64,000 nucleotides of DNA, from NCBI GenBank assembly GCA_964446585.1, contig CAYUPI010000005.1, positions 12,593 to 76,592 on the forward strand. Direction: 5' to 3'. This DNA comes from an uncultured Verrucomicrobiota bacterium (GTDB lineage Bacteria > Verrucomicrobiota > Verrucomicrobiia > Limisphaerales > UBA8199). Made by a program: the position numbers and the translations under genes. Positions 19,827 through 28,073 of this stretch are shown here, one piece after another. The notes under the pieces were generated by a model that had not been told where the DNA came from, made no database searches, and saw only the letters and a list, made by a program, of their open reading frames with translations. Every line of letters starts with the position of its first letter. The stretch's first letter is position 1.

Positions 19827-21161
19827 ATGGATTTTGGAATCTCCAATCAGAACCTCCGTACGGGCGTGTTGCCCAAATCTCTTGAGGGTAGGGCGCGCTG
19901 TCCACAGCGCGCCGCGGTTCTGTCGCACACTGCGAGTTTGTTTGGTTTCTGCGGTATTCGTCGCCGCGCTGTCTTCAGCGCGCCAGAGCGTTGGGGTTTC
20001 GCGCCATTTCGGCAACGCGCCCGTACGACGGCTCGAACCGTTTCTCGGTTTTCATCATCGTCTCACCGTGCCGGAGTCGGACGAAGGCAGGTCATTCGTA
20101 ATTCAGCTTTGGCTGTCTTCCTTGCTGTGCAGGGGTCATCACTGAGCGCTCAGGTTGAGCCGGTCTTTCCCGGCGAACATTGGGAGTTCCGGCAACCTGA
20201 GTCAGTGGGTTTGTCCCAAGCGAAACTGGATGCGTTGCGTGACCCTGTTGGCGGGCGAGGTTGCGTGGTTCGGTATGGTTACGTGGCGTATAGCTGGGGC
20301 GACCCCGCCCGGAGCGCCGATATCGCCTCTGCCGTCAAGCCGGTCATTTCCACGCTCCTATTCTTTGCCGTTCAGGAGGGAAAATTGACGAGCGTGGACG
20401 CACCAGTTTCCGAATTCGAGCCGCGTCTCAAGACGCTCAACCAGGGCAAAGATGTTTCGATCACCTGGCGGCATTTCGCCTCGCAGACTTCCGGGTATGG
20501 CTTGTCTGAGCCGCCCGGCGTAGCCTACGCCTACAACGATTTCGCGCTGGCGTTGTACTACGACACGCTGACTCAAAAGGTTTTCACGACGAATGGCACC
20601 GAGGTCCTTCGCTCGCGATTAGCCGAGCCTCTGAAATTCGAAGACCATTATTCCTTCAGCCCGTTCAGGCGGCCGGATCGCGATGGCCGGCTGGCGATTT
20701 CCACGCGCGATTTGGCGCGCTTCGGCTTGCTTTATTTAAGGCAGGGAAAATGGCGCGGCCAACAGCTCTTGCAGACAAATTTCGTGCGAATGGCCCTTCA
20801 CAGTCCGGTGCTGCCGAATACTCCGCGCACTGGTGGTAATGAGGCCGAGATGCTGCCTGGACAGCGAACGCTGGGCGGGACACGCAACATAACCGGAGCC
20901 GGCCCGGGCTATTACAGCTTCAACTGGTGGCTCAACGGCACGAACTCCGCTGGTCGGCGTTTATTCGCGCATGCGCCGCCGGACGCTTACGCCGCTGCGG
21001 GACATGGCGGCATTCGCGTCCTGTTCATCGTTCCGAGCCTCGAGCTTATTGTATGCTGGAATGACGGCCAAATCGAGGACTTTGATGAATCCCCGGGAAA
21101 TCCCAATACCAGGATGAACCAGGCCACGCACCTGGCTTGTGAAGCAGTGACGGGGCCCTGA
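19827..21161 (+). CDS. Beta-lactamase-family serine hydrolase (secreted); start codon uncertain
   Basis: The ORF translation shows a signal-like segment (NSALAVFLAVQGSSLSAQ) and an SxxK motif (ASAVKPVISTLLF) within a beta-lactamase-related fold context. The first ~70 codons of the ORF are read through the MITE at 19856..20027. The real start is probably downstream, but I found no obvious ATG/GTG just upstream of the signal peptide. Confidence 0.65.
   Translation: MDFGISNQNLRTGVLPKSLEGRARCPQRAAVLSHTASLFGFCGIRRRAVFSAPERWGFAPFRQRARTTARTVSRFSSSSHRAGVGRRQVIRNSALAVFLAVQGSSLSAQVEPVFPGEHWEFRQPESVGLSQAKLDALRDPVGGRGCVVRYGYVAYSWGDPARSADIASAVKPVISTLLFFAVQEGKLTSVDAPVSEFEPRLKTLNQGKDVSITWRHFASQTSGYGLSEPPGVAYAYNDFALALYYDTLTQKVFTTNGTEVLRSRLAEPLKFEDHYSFSPFRRPDRDGRLAISTRDLARFGLLYLRQGKWRGQQLLQTNFVRMALHSPVLPNTPRTGGNEAEMLPGQRTLGGTRNITGAGPGYYSFNWWLNGTNSAGRRLFAHAPPDAYAAAGHGGIRVLFIVPSLELIVCWNDGQIEDFDESPGNPNTRMNQATHLACEAVTGP
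19856..20027. repeat. MITE-like element (family with GGCGCGCTGTCCNCAGCGCGCC internal hairpins)
   Basis: The terminal inverted repeats are ccgtacgggcgtgttgcccaaat (19856-19878) and atttcggcaacgcgcccgtacg (20006-20027). There are two internal hairpins, gcgcgctgtccacagcgcgc and gccgcgctgtcttcagcgcgc. Related copies lie at 22138..22374 and 38112..38146. Confidence 0.75.
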
Positions 21162-21196
21162 TAAGGAGCGGTCCCAATCGCCACATTCAGAGCGCT

Positions 21197-22036
21197 TCAG
21201 TAATTCCATTTGTGGTACACTTCATAAACATCCACGCGACCGCCGGGGAAGTAGCTGTTCGCACCCAACAGGAAGCGGCGCGTCGCGCGGTCGTAACTTA
21301 AGATCGAAGGTTGCGCCGCCTGATTTGGATCATACACCTCGAAAGAAATCTCTTTTTCGTTCTGAGTTGCACCAAAAATTATCACACCGTGATTGATTGT
21401 AAGTTGCGGGAAACGAACCAGGTGGACGACGACGGGCGGGTCGCGATTCAAATCGGTCAATATCTGCTGGGCCATGTTTGCCTGGTGGCGGCGGCTGAAG
21501 GGGAAAATCATTCGCCAGTGACCTCGCTGAAAGTAACTCTGCCAGCCTCCGCCACAATTGGCCTTTAGCAGTCTCTCGTGTTCCCGGCTGAAAGAGCGCA
21601 AATCAGAGTAACCAGGAATAAGGATCTTCTCAGCTTCGGGCAGAGCTTTGCGAGGGCTGGACGCAACCACGCGCCGAATGAGCCGGCGGTACCTGGCTTC
21701 ATCAGGCTTTGGCTGGGCCGGGTCAAAGTTCGCGTTGAGAAAGAACTGTCGCGTCGAGCGCGCCAGAACAAAGCAATGCTGGGCATAATCCGGTTTTGGA
21801 TCGCGGTCATGGGTCGTCCAATTGCCATTGGTATCGTACTGGTAAACCCAAACGAGTTCGTTCGAGAAAGAAAATGTGTCTCTTTGGAAGTCGAACGGTC
21901 TGGCAGTGGCGAGCTCCTGGCGGTGGGTGGTGGCACAACCCGAAACGAGCGCGAGGATCAGGAACAGTAGAATCGAGCCGGAAGCGGAGGAATCTCTGGA
22001 AGTCCGCTGGGAATTTTGCCAAGGGTCCGGTGGCAA
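21197..22036 (-). CDS. Hypothetical lipoprotein with a putative Cys-His-Asp (papain/transglutaminase-like) signature
   Basis: ORF 21197..22276. A TTG at 22036 gives MPPDPWQNSQRTSRDSSASGSILLFLILALVSGC, which ends in a lipobox. The longer ORF N-terminus reads through the MITE at 22138..22374. Candidate triad residues are AQHCFVLARS, INHGVIIFG and VYDPN. Confidence 0.6.
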   Translation of the reverse strand: MPPDPWQNSQRTSRDSSASGSILLFLILALVSGCATTHRQELATARPFDFQRDTFSFSNELVWVYQYDTNGNWTTHDRDPKPDYAQHCFVLARSTRQFFLNANFDPAQPKPDEARYRRLIRRVVASSPRKALPEAEKILIPGYSDLRSFSREHERLLKANCGGGWQSYFQRGHWRMIFPFSRRHQANMAQQILTDLNRDPPVVVHLVRFPQLTINHGVIIFGATQNEKEISFEVYDPNQAAQPSILSYDRATRRFLLGANSYFPGGRVDVYEVYHKWNY

Positions 22037-22137
22037 AGTCGGCGTAAGGCATTGTAGGAGACGACGTGAGGAGTCTCCGATTATGGCGTTTCGACCAACG
22101 TTGGTGTCGTTTGCCAACAAATTGATTAGAGTCTCCT

Positions 22138-22374
22138 CACGGGCGTGTTGTCCAGATCCTATGAGGGTAGGGCGCGCTGTCCCCAGCGCGCAGCGATGCG
22201 GTCCCAACCTGCGATTTTGCTCGGAAACTGGGGTGTTCGTTGGCGCGCTGGATACATATATCAGAAAATCTGTCATTTTCGCGAAGATTTATTGTGCAAA
22301 CGCAGATGGGCGACGCGCTGGGACAGCGCGCCCTACCTTTTGGACCTCGCGCCATTTGGGCAACACGCCCTCAC
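22138..22374. repeat. MITE-like element, same family as 19856..20027
   Basis: The left arm is cacgggcgtgttgtccagatcctatgagggtagggcgcgctgtccccagcgcgc. The right arm is gcgacgcgctgggacagcgcgccctaccttttggacctcgcgccatttgggcaacacgccctcac, which is its near reverse complement. It lies in the divergent intergenic region between the lipoprotein and AMP-ligase genes. Confidence 0.8.
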
Positions 22375-22498
22375 TTCGTCTCCTACAGTCACAAACTGGC
22401 GACCTCTGGGCAGACTTTCTCACTGGCCTTGCAATTGGCCGTTGGCAATTCATGTTACGGCTTGCCGCAGAAACTATCCGCGCGCAACCTGACTGACA

Positions 22499-23761
22499 AT
22501 GTTGTACCAGCGTTGGCGTCAGACCGCGAGCGCCTGCCCGGAGCGGATCGCGTTGCGGGACGCTGTCGGGGGAGGCACTTGGACGTTCGCCGAGCTTATG
22601 GCTGTCAGCGAAAATCAACCGCGCGAACAGCAACCGCTCGCCTTTCCACGCGGGCCCTCCCCCGAGTTAATCTTTGCCGTGCTCCGGGCCTGGCGCGATC
22701 ATCAGGTACTTTGCCCGCTTGAAGCAGGGCAGGCAATTCCCGCCATTTCGGGGCCGTTGCCGGCCGGCGTGGTCCACTTGAAAACAACATCCGCTACGAC
22801 CGGCTCATCCCGGCTGGTCGCCTTCACCGCGGCGCAGCTCATCGCCGATGCTGAAAACATCGTTGCCACGATGGGATTGAAACCGGATTGGCCGAACCTG
22901 GGCGTTATTTCGCTGGCTCATTCGTATGGGTTTTCCAACCTGGTTTTGCCGCTCCTGCTGCACGGCATTCCACTGATCCTGGCGGGCTCAGGGCTGCCGG
23001 AAGCGATCCGGCGCGCAGCGGTGCTGGTGCCGACGATAACGCTAGCGGGCGTGCCGGCGCTGTGGAGTCGCTGGCACGAGGCGGAGGCCATCCCTGGCAA
23101 TGTGCGGCTGGCTATTTCCGCGGGCGCCCCGCTGCCGCTGGGCCTGGAACAGAGCGTTTTCGGCGACCGCGGTTTGAAGATTCATAATTTCTATGGCAGC
23201 AGCGAATGTGGAGGCATCGCCTACGACGCAACTTCACAGCCGCGCTCGGATGGCGCTTGCGTCGGGACGCCAATGCGCAATGTCAACCTAACTGTGAACG
23301 CCGGCGGTTGCCTGGAAGTTCGTGGTTCGGCTGTGGGGCAAACTTACTGGCCGGAACCAAGCGACAGCCTGCGTGACGGAATTTTTCGCACCAGCGATCT
23401 GGCCGAAATTTCCGAAGGCAACGTTTACCTGCGCGGCCGCGCGAGCGACCAAATCAATGTCGCGGGACGAAAAGTTGCCGCAGAGACTATCGAGAATGCG
23501 CTGGTGGCTCACCCACACGTGCGGGACTGCGTAGCCTTCGGTGTGCCTAGCGCGGATGCCGCGCGCGGCGAGACAATAGTCGCGTGCCTTGCCGTGGATG
23601 CGCGTCTCAATCGCGAAGTTTTAAAACAATACCTGATGGAAAGACTTCCCGCGTGGCAGGTGCCGCGCGAGTGGTGGTTTGTGGATTCGCTGGCAGCCAA
23701 TCAACGAGGCAAACTTTCGCGCGCGGAGTGGCGGAGGCGGTACCTGGACTCGGTGAAGTAA
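22499..23761 (+). CDS. AMP-dependent synthetase/ligase (short acyl/aryl-adenylating enzyme, ApeH/XanA2-like position)
   Basis: 420 aa with adenylation core motifs: LKTTSATTGSSRLV (A3), YGSSECG (A5), RTSDLAE (A7), GRASDQINVAGRKVAAETIE (A8) and QRGKLSR (A10). Confidence 0.9.
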   Translation: MLYQRWRQTASACPERIALRDAVGGGTWTFAELMAVSENQPREQQPLAFPRGPSPELIFAVLRAWRDHQVLCPLEAGQAIPAISGPLPAGVVHLKTTSATTGSSRLVAFTAAQLIADAENIVATMGLKPDWPNLGVISLAHSYGFSNLVLPLLLHGIPLILAGSGLPEAIRRAAVLVPTITLAGVPALWSRWHEAEAIPGNVRLAISAGAPLPLGLEQSVFGDRGLKIHNFYGSSECGGIAYDATSQPRSDGACVGTPMRNVNLTVNAGGCLEVRGSAVGQTYWPEPSDSLRDGIFRTSDLAEISEGNVYLRGRASDQINVAGRKVAAETIENALVAHPHVRDCVAFGVPSADAARGETIVACLAVDARLNREVLKQYLMERLPAWQVPREWWFVDSLAANQRGKLSRAEWRRRYLDSVK

Positions 23762-23895
23762 GGCGCTGACAGGGCTCCCGGGGTTTTTCGCCTGGCTATC
23801 TCATGCATTGTACTGGCCGGCGTCAGCGCTTTTTGCCGAAGTCTTTGTGAGGAGGCTGTGAGCATGTCCCACGGAGGCACTTGGGGGTTTTGAGT

Positions 23896-23981
23896 CGTCA
23901 GGCCGTCAGAACGTTGTAGCCACAGCCAGTTGTGAAACTCGAAGCCGTCAGGCAATCCGTCAGGAGCCGTCAGGTCGTCAG
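23896..23981. repeat. Cluster of six CGTCAG(G) short direct repeats
   Basis: CGTCAG occurs at 23896, 23904, 23946, 23958, 23968 and 23976. The last four are spaced 12, 10 and 8 nt apart within gccgtcaggcaatccgtcaggagccgtcaggtcgtcagagg. Confidence 0.6.
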
Positions 23982-24054
23982 AGGCAGTGGGACAAAGGTG
24001 AGGGTTGCGAGCTAATTGGAGACGACCGATTAAGATTTACAACCAGGATTACGA

Positions 24055-24378
24055 TTAAAACTCGGAGGCAATACCATTGACTGACACCTTTTCGGAGATG
24101 ATCTGCATGGCGCGAATCGTCGGCGCGCCGCTCACCGTGCCCGCCGGCAACGTCGCGCGCATCAGGTCGTAATTGGTTTTGCCCGCCGCCAGCCGGCCCT
24201 CGACGCTCGACACGATGTACATGATGTGGCTGTAACGCTCGATGATCATCAGGTCGCGCACCTGCACGCTGCCGAAATCGCACACGCGCCCGATGTCGTT
24301 GCGCGCGAGGTCCACGAACATGACGTGCTCGGCCCGCTGCGACGGCGCGACAGCGCGGCGAGCGCGTTCCTTCGGGTC
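24055..24378 (-). pseudogene. Internal fragment of a chorismate-binding enzyme (TrpE/PabB/isochorismate synthase family)
   Basis: The translation reads [87 protein letters not shown]. This matches the conserved catalytic core of the family, but roughly 300 N-terminal and 100 C-terminal residues are missing. Homology stops exactly where the REP copy at 24067..24088 begins (tail [11 protein letters not shown]). Confidence 0.75.
24067..24088 (-). repeat. REP copy (GGTGTCAGTCAATGGTATTGCC family)
   Basis: The plus strand reads ggcaataccattgactgacacc, the reverse complement of the copy at 26549..26570. It forms the 3' boundary of the trpE-like fragment. Confidence 0.85.
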
Positions 24379-24679
24379 AAACCGGTTTTGCTTTTGGGAA
24401 AAGCGTTTTCCGCTCTGGCAACACTTCCAATCGAACGCGCCACGACGTTCAATTCAAGACCGGTTCACGCGTCACGCGTGCAACCGAAGTCCCTTTTTCA
24501 AAGTGCGCGGGCCGTGCAGTCGAACCCGAAACGACAGTGGGCGAGGGCGAAAAATGGCTTGTTATTACCAGCCAAACTTGTAATATGAAGCTCGTCCTCA
24601 TCATTTCTGGTCCTTTGGCCGTGAACCTCTAATCATGACGACGCCCGTGTCGCTCGGTGTTCGCACGGGCAATGCAACC

Positions 24680-26382
24680 ATGAAAGCGAAACTCTATTGT
24701 CTGTTCATCGGGCTGGCGTTGATCGCCGGCAAAACTTCGGCGCAGACCTTCACCACCCTGGTCCATTTCCCGACCAGCCAGGCCTATCCTTCCGGCAATT
24801 TGCGGGTGGCTCCTGCCGCAAGTGGCTCGACGAAGCTGTATGGGACAGTGTCGGGTCCTGGTTATAGTTCAGCAGTGTTCTTTATCAGCACCAATGGCAA
24901 CTTTGGGGAGATCAGCGGAGCCCCGCCGATTGGTCACACTTTGTTCGACTCACTGTCCCCTCCAGTGGGGGGGATGGACACAGCTTAATAGGGGGACCCT
25001 ATGGTTTGGCCGCATTCGAATTTGGTCGCGGAGGTGTCTATGTCGTCGCCAGCGAGGCCTCGTCGTTTTACCCGGATACCGTTCTGCTTCCGACTAGTGC
25101 TCCGCATTCCCCTGTCAGCTTAGCTAGCTGCGGCAGCGATTGCATGACTATCACTTTTCAGACTTACACGTTTTGGGTCCAACCTGGTGGCGGTGCTAAT
25201 TCTGGCGCTATCGGTTCATCATGGGGCTTCGAGGTTACGAATGGTTTTGCCATAGTTCATTACTTTTCGCCGACGAATGGTCCAAGCGGCACGAATAGCG
25301 ATGGGGCCAATCCCGTGGGCAGACCGATTGTGGAAAGTGGTGCGTCTGATGGTAAGCTTTATGGGACGGCCAGGGACGGTGGCGCGACGGGCAACGGCAC
25401 GGTGTATTTCGCCAACGTCCTCATTGCGACTCCTCCCACCAACAACATCTTCGTCAACCTGCACAGTTTCTCCGCCGTTTCCGGGCCGGATGGCACCAAC
25501 AGCGATGGCGCGCATCCCATCGTCAACCTGACCCGGGCCGGTTACACGGGCACCGATGGCTCTTATGCTAGGGATCTGGGCGACACGCTCTATGGGATGA
25601 CATCGGCCGGCGGCGCCTACGGTCAGGGGACGATTTTCAGCATGAAGACGGACGGTTCCGGCTTCAAGACCTTGCACAGTTTCGCCAAGCCCGCCGATGC
25701 CACCATCTACTTTCCGGAACTCTATCCGGGAGGACCACCTTATACTTTGGTCTATGGCTCCACCAACAGTGATGGACTGGCCCAAAAATCCGGCCTGACC
25801 GTGGTCGGCGACACGCTCTACGGCACGTCCAGCGCCGGCGGCGCTTACGGGAACGGCAATGTGTTCGGCCTGAAGACCGACGGCTCGCGCTTCACCGTGC
25901 TGCATGATTTCTCGCTGACCATGAACACAAACGCCTTGGACCAGGGTAATCCGAATATCTTTGGCGTGGATTTGCAGACCAACTTGGATGGAAAGATGCC
26001 CACCGGCAGTATTACCTATTACTTGGGAGTCCTGTATGGAACAGCGTCACATGGCGGGACGAATTTCTATGACTACAACCAAGACATCGGGCAACGCGCG
26101 AGCCAGGGCACGGCTTACAAAATCACGATACCGCCGTCGCTTAGCGCAGCGATCCCGCCATCGCTTACCTTTACGCGCTCCGGCACGAACCTGGTCATGA
26201 ATTTCCCTGGCGGCAGTCTCGAGATGACAACTGCTTTGTATGGCGCAACTTCTCTCAATGGTTCCTGGAGCAACCTATCCACCAATTCTCCTTACACGAA
26301 CGCCATGAGCGGTGCCGCCCAATTTTTCCGAGTGGGGACGACCATAAACTTGAGCAGCACTCACTACAACAGCGGGCAATGA
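24680..26382 (+). pseudogene. GloVer (Gloeo_Verruco) repeat secreted protein, split by a frameshift at a G7 tract
   Basis: ORF 24635..24988 carries the signal peptide (MKAKLYCLFIGLALIAGKTSAQ) and stops at 24986-24988. ORF 25006..26382 lies in a different frame, lacks a signal peptide and carries GloVer-type repeats (DGKLYGTARDGGATGNGTVYFA, DTLYGMTSAGGAYGQGTIFSMKTDGSGFKTLHSF, DTLYGTSSAGGAYGNGNVFGLKTDGSRFTVLHDF). The second frame stays open back through the G7 run at 24967-24973. It could also be two separate genes. Confidence 0.65.
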
Positions 26383-26548
26383 TCCAGACGCACAGCCGTC
26401 GAGCAGGAGCAAGTGTCACCCATTAGGACGGGTGTCAATAAGTAAAAAAATTGCCGTGCCCAATTCTTCGTTTGGGTCGCTCTTCTCTGCCTGAATCAGT
26501 TCTGCCAGGCACTAGAAGCCATCTTGCTCTGTTGAAACCATTCAAAAA

Positions 26549-26570
26549 GGTGTCAGTCAATGGTATTGCC
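26549..26570 (+). repeat. REP copy (GGTGTCAGTCAATGGTATTGCC), 3' flank of the RAYT gene
   Basis: The sequence ggtgtcagtcaatggtattgcc ends 5 nt before the stop-codon end of the transposase gene. It has an internal hairpin (CAAT-GGT-ATTG). Confidence 0.85.
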
Positions 26571-26574
26571 ATCT

Positions 26575-27537
26575 TTATAGATCAAGGCTGGCCTGATTGT
26601 CCTCCGGCGAAGTTTTGCCCTGCCAATACAGTAGGTGCGTCACATTGCCCCGCGTTCCCATGTTTAGCCTCCGCGCAATCCAAGACACGGTAACGGTAGT
26701 TTCTTTTCGAAGCTTGCTTGCGAGAGCCACTTTGAATTGATCCCCTTTTGGTCGCGCCGCAAGGTGGTGCTCCGTCAAATGTCTTCGCTTCAACTCGCCA
26801 CGGATCAACCGCTCAGCTTTGGCCTCAGCCGACTCCTGTAGTTCCGCACCATAATGCCACAAGCCGCGCTTTTCCGAAACTTGCGCCAATAATTCATCCC
26901 GAAATTCCTCACTGCCCAGACACCAGCCCCGCCGCAGTGGCTTAAATTCCTCCTCTGACTCGCCTTGCCGCCGCGCCTCGAGTTGTGCGGCCAATTGTCG
27001 CCGACCCGCTACGCTGTCCTTGGGAATGCCCCATTCTCCCAGGCAACGGTCCACCCGCAGCCACGCCGGCCGACGCGACGGTTCTTGCAGGTACAGCGGA
27101 TAACTGCTCCAGCGGTAACTGTCCAGCGGCGCTTCCGGGCCCAGCAGATGCGCGCGCACCGGGTTCAAATGCACGTAGTCGCAAACGCTTTTGAGGTAAC
27201 CGTTGCCACTGCCATCCACGACCAGCGCTTTGTAGCGGCCGCTGAACAGATGGCCAAAGAGCTTGTGACGCCGGTTGAACCGGCGAGTGTATTCTCCCGG
27301 CAACCATTTCATTCCGGCGACCAGGTTGGCCTGAGGGGTCTCCACGACCAGATGAAAATGGTTCTGCATCAAACAGAACGCGTGGACCAGCCAGGCGGTC
27401 TTGGAGCACGTTTCACCCAACGTCCTCAGGAAGCACTCGTGGTCCACGTCATCGCGAAAAATTGGCTCGCGGTGATCGCCCCGATTCATGACGTGATAAA
27501 TCGCCCCTGGGTATTGAATGCGGAGCTTCCGAGCCAT
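26575..27537 (-). CDS. IS200-like HUH/Y1 transposase of the REP-associated (RAYT) type, with an extended C-terminus
   Basis: 320 aa. It starts MARKLRIQYPGAIYHVMNRGDHREPIF, has the HUH motif (MQNHFHLVVETP) and the catalytic Tyr motif (CDYVHLNPVRAHLL). Inverted copies of one REP flank it. The C-terminal ~100 aa (TVSWIARRLNMGTRGNVTHLLYW) may be an HTH domain. Confidence 0.85.
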   Translation of the reverse strand: MARKLRIQYPGAIYHVMNRGDHREPIFRDDVDHECFLRTLGETCSKTAWLVHAFCLMQNHFHLVVETPQANLVAGMKWLPGEYTRRFNRRHKLFGHLFSGRYKALVVDGSGNGYLKSVCDYVHLNPVRAHLLGPEAPLDSYRWSSYPLYLQEPSRRPAWLRVDRCLGEWGIPKDSVAGRRQLAAQLEARRQGESEEEFKPLRRGWCLGSEEFRDELLAQVSEKRGLWHYGAELQESAEAKAERLIRGELKRRHLTEHHLAARPKGDQFKVALASKLRKETTVTVSWIARRLNMGTRGNVTHLLYWQGKTSPEDNQASLDL

Positions 27538-27572
27538 ACAGCCAAAACGTCGCCGGAGCGCGAGAATGTGTC

Positions 27573-27592
27573 AATACCATTGACTGACACCT
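27573..27592 (-). repeat. REP copy in inverted orientation, 5' flank of the RAYT gene
   Basis: The sequence caataccattgactgacacc sits within gtgtcaataccattgactgacac, a near-perfect hairpin (GTCAAT/ATTGAC). It lies 36 nt upstream of the RAYT start codon. Confidence 0.85.
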
Positions 27593-27615
27593 TCTCGGTG
27601 CATGATAGCTCCGGG

Positions 27616-28047
27616 TTACGATGCGCCGCCGAGCGTCAGTTCGGCCTGCATCACGAGCTGACCATCGACGGAAGCTGTCGCGGTGGCGTTGACGAGATTT
27701 GACAGCCGGGCCGTGATACGCGCCTCGAGGCGGATGACCTGACCGGGTCGGGCGGTCCCTAGGAATTTTACGGCGCGCAGCGCGGTGAGTTTGAGGTGTT
27801 CCAGGGGCTTCATACGAGGATCGGATTGAGCCACCGTCCCGGCCAGTTGTGCGGCGGCTTCGACCAACAGTACGCCGGGGAACAGGGCATGGCCGGGAAA
27901 GTGGCCGCGCAAAAAGTGTTCATCGCCCCGGACAGTGTATTCCCCGGCGCCGCTCTGGCCCGGTACCAGGCTAACGAGTCGATCCAGAAAGCGGAACTCG
28001 GGGCCATGTGGGAGGCTGCGGAGAGCAGTGGTCAAGGAATTAGTCAC
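27616..28047 (-). CDS. FabA/FabZ-like 3-hydroxyacyl-ACP dehydratase (hotdog fold; ApeI/ApeP-like)
   Basis: 143 aa. The sequence FRFLDRLVSLVPGQSGAGEYTVRGDEHFLRGHFPGHALFPGVLLVEAAAQLAG contains the catalytic His context of FabZ-type dehydratases. Confidence 0.85.
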   Translation of the reverse strand: MTNSLTTALRSLPHGPEFRFLDRLVSLVPGQSGAGEYTVRGDEHFLRGHFPGHALFPGVLLVEAAAQLAGTVAQSDPRMKPLEHLKLTALRAVKFLGTARPGQVIRLEARITARLSNLVNATATASVDGQLVMQAELTLGGAS

Positions 28048-28073
28048 GGGATGCAGGGTGAAGCGTATCGTGC

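Noticed and set aside
19752-24640. Possibility that the region with beta-lactamase-family, lipoprotein and repeats is a defence or prophage island
   Set aside because: No integrase, nuclease, methyltransferase, toxin-antitoxin or phage structural signatures were seen. The irregularity is explained by MITE/REP insertions and a gene fragment.
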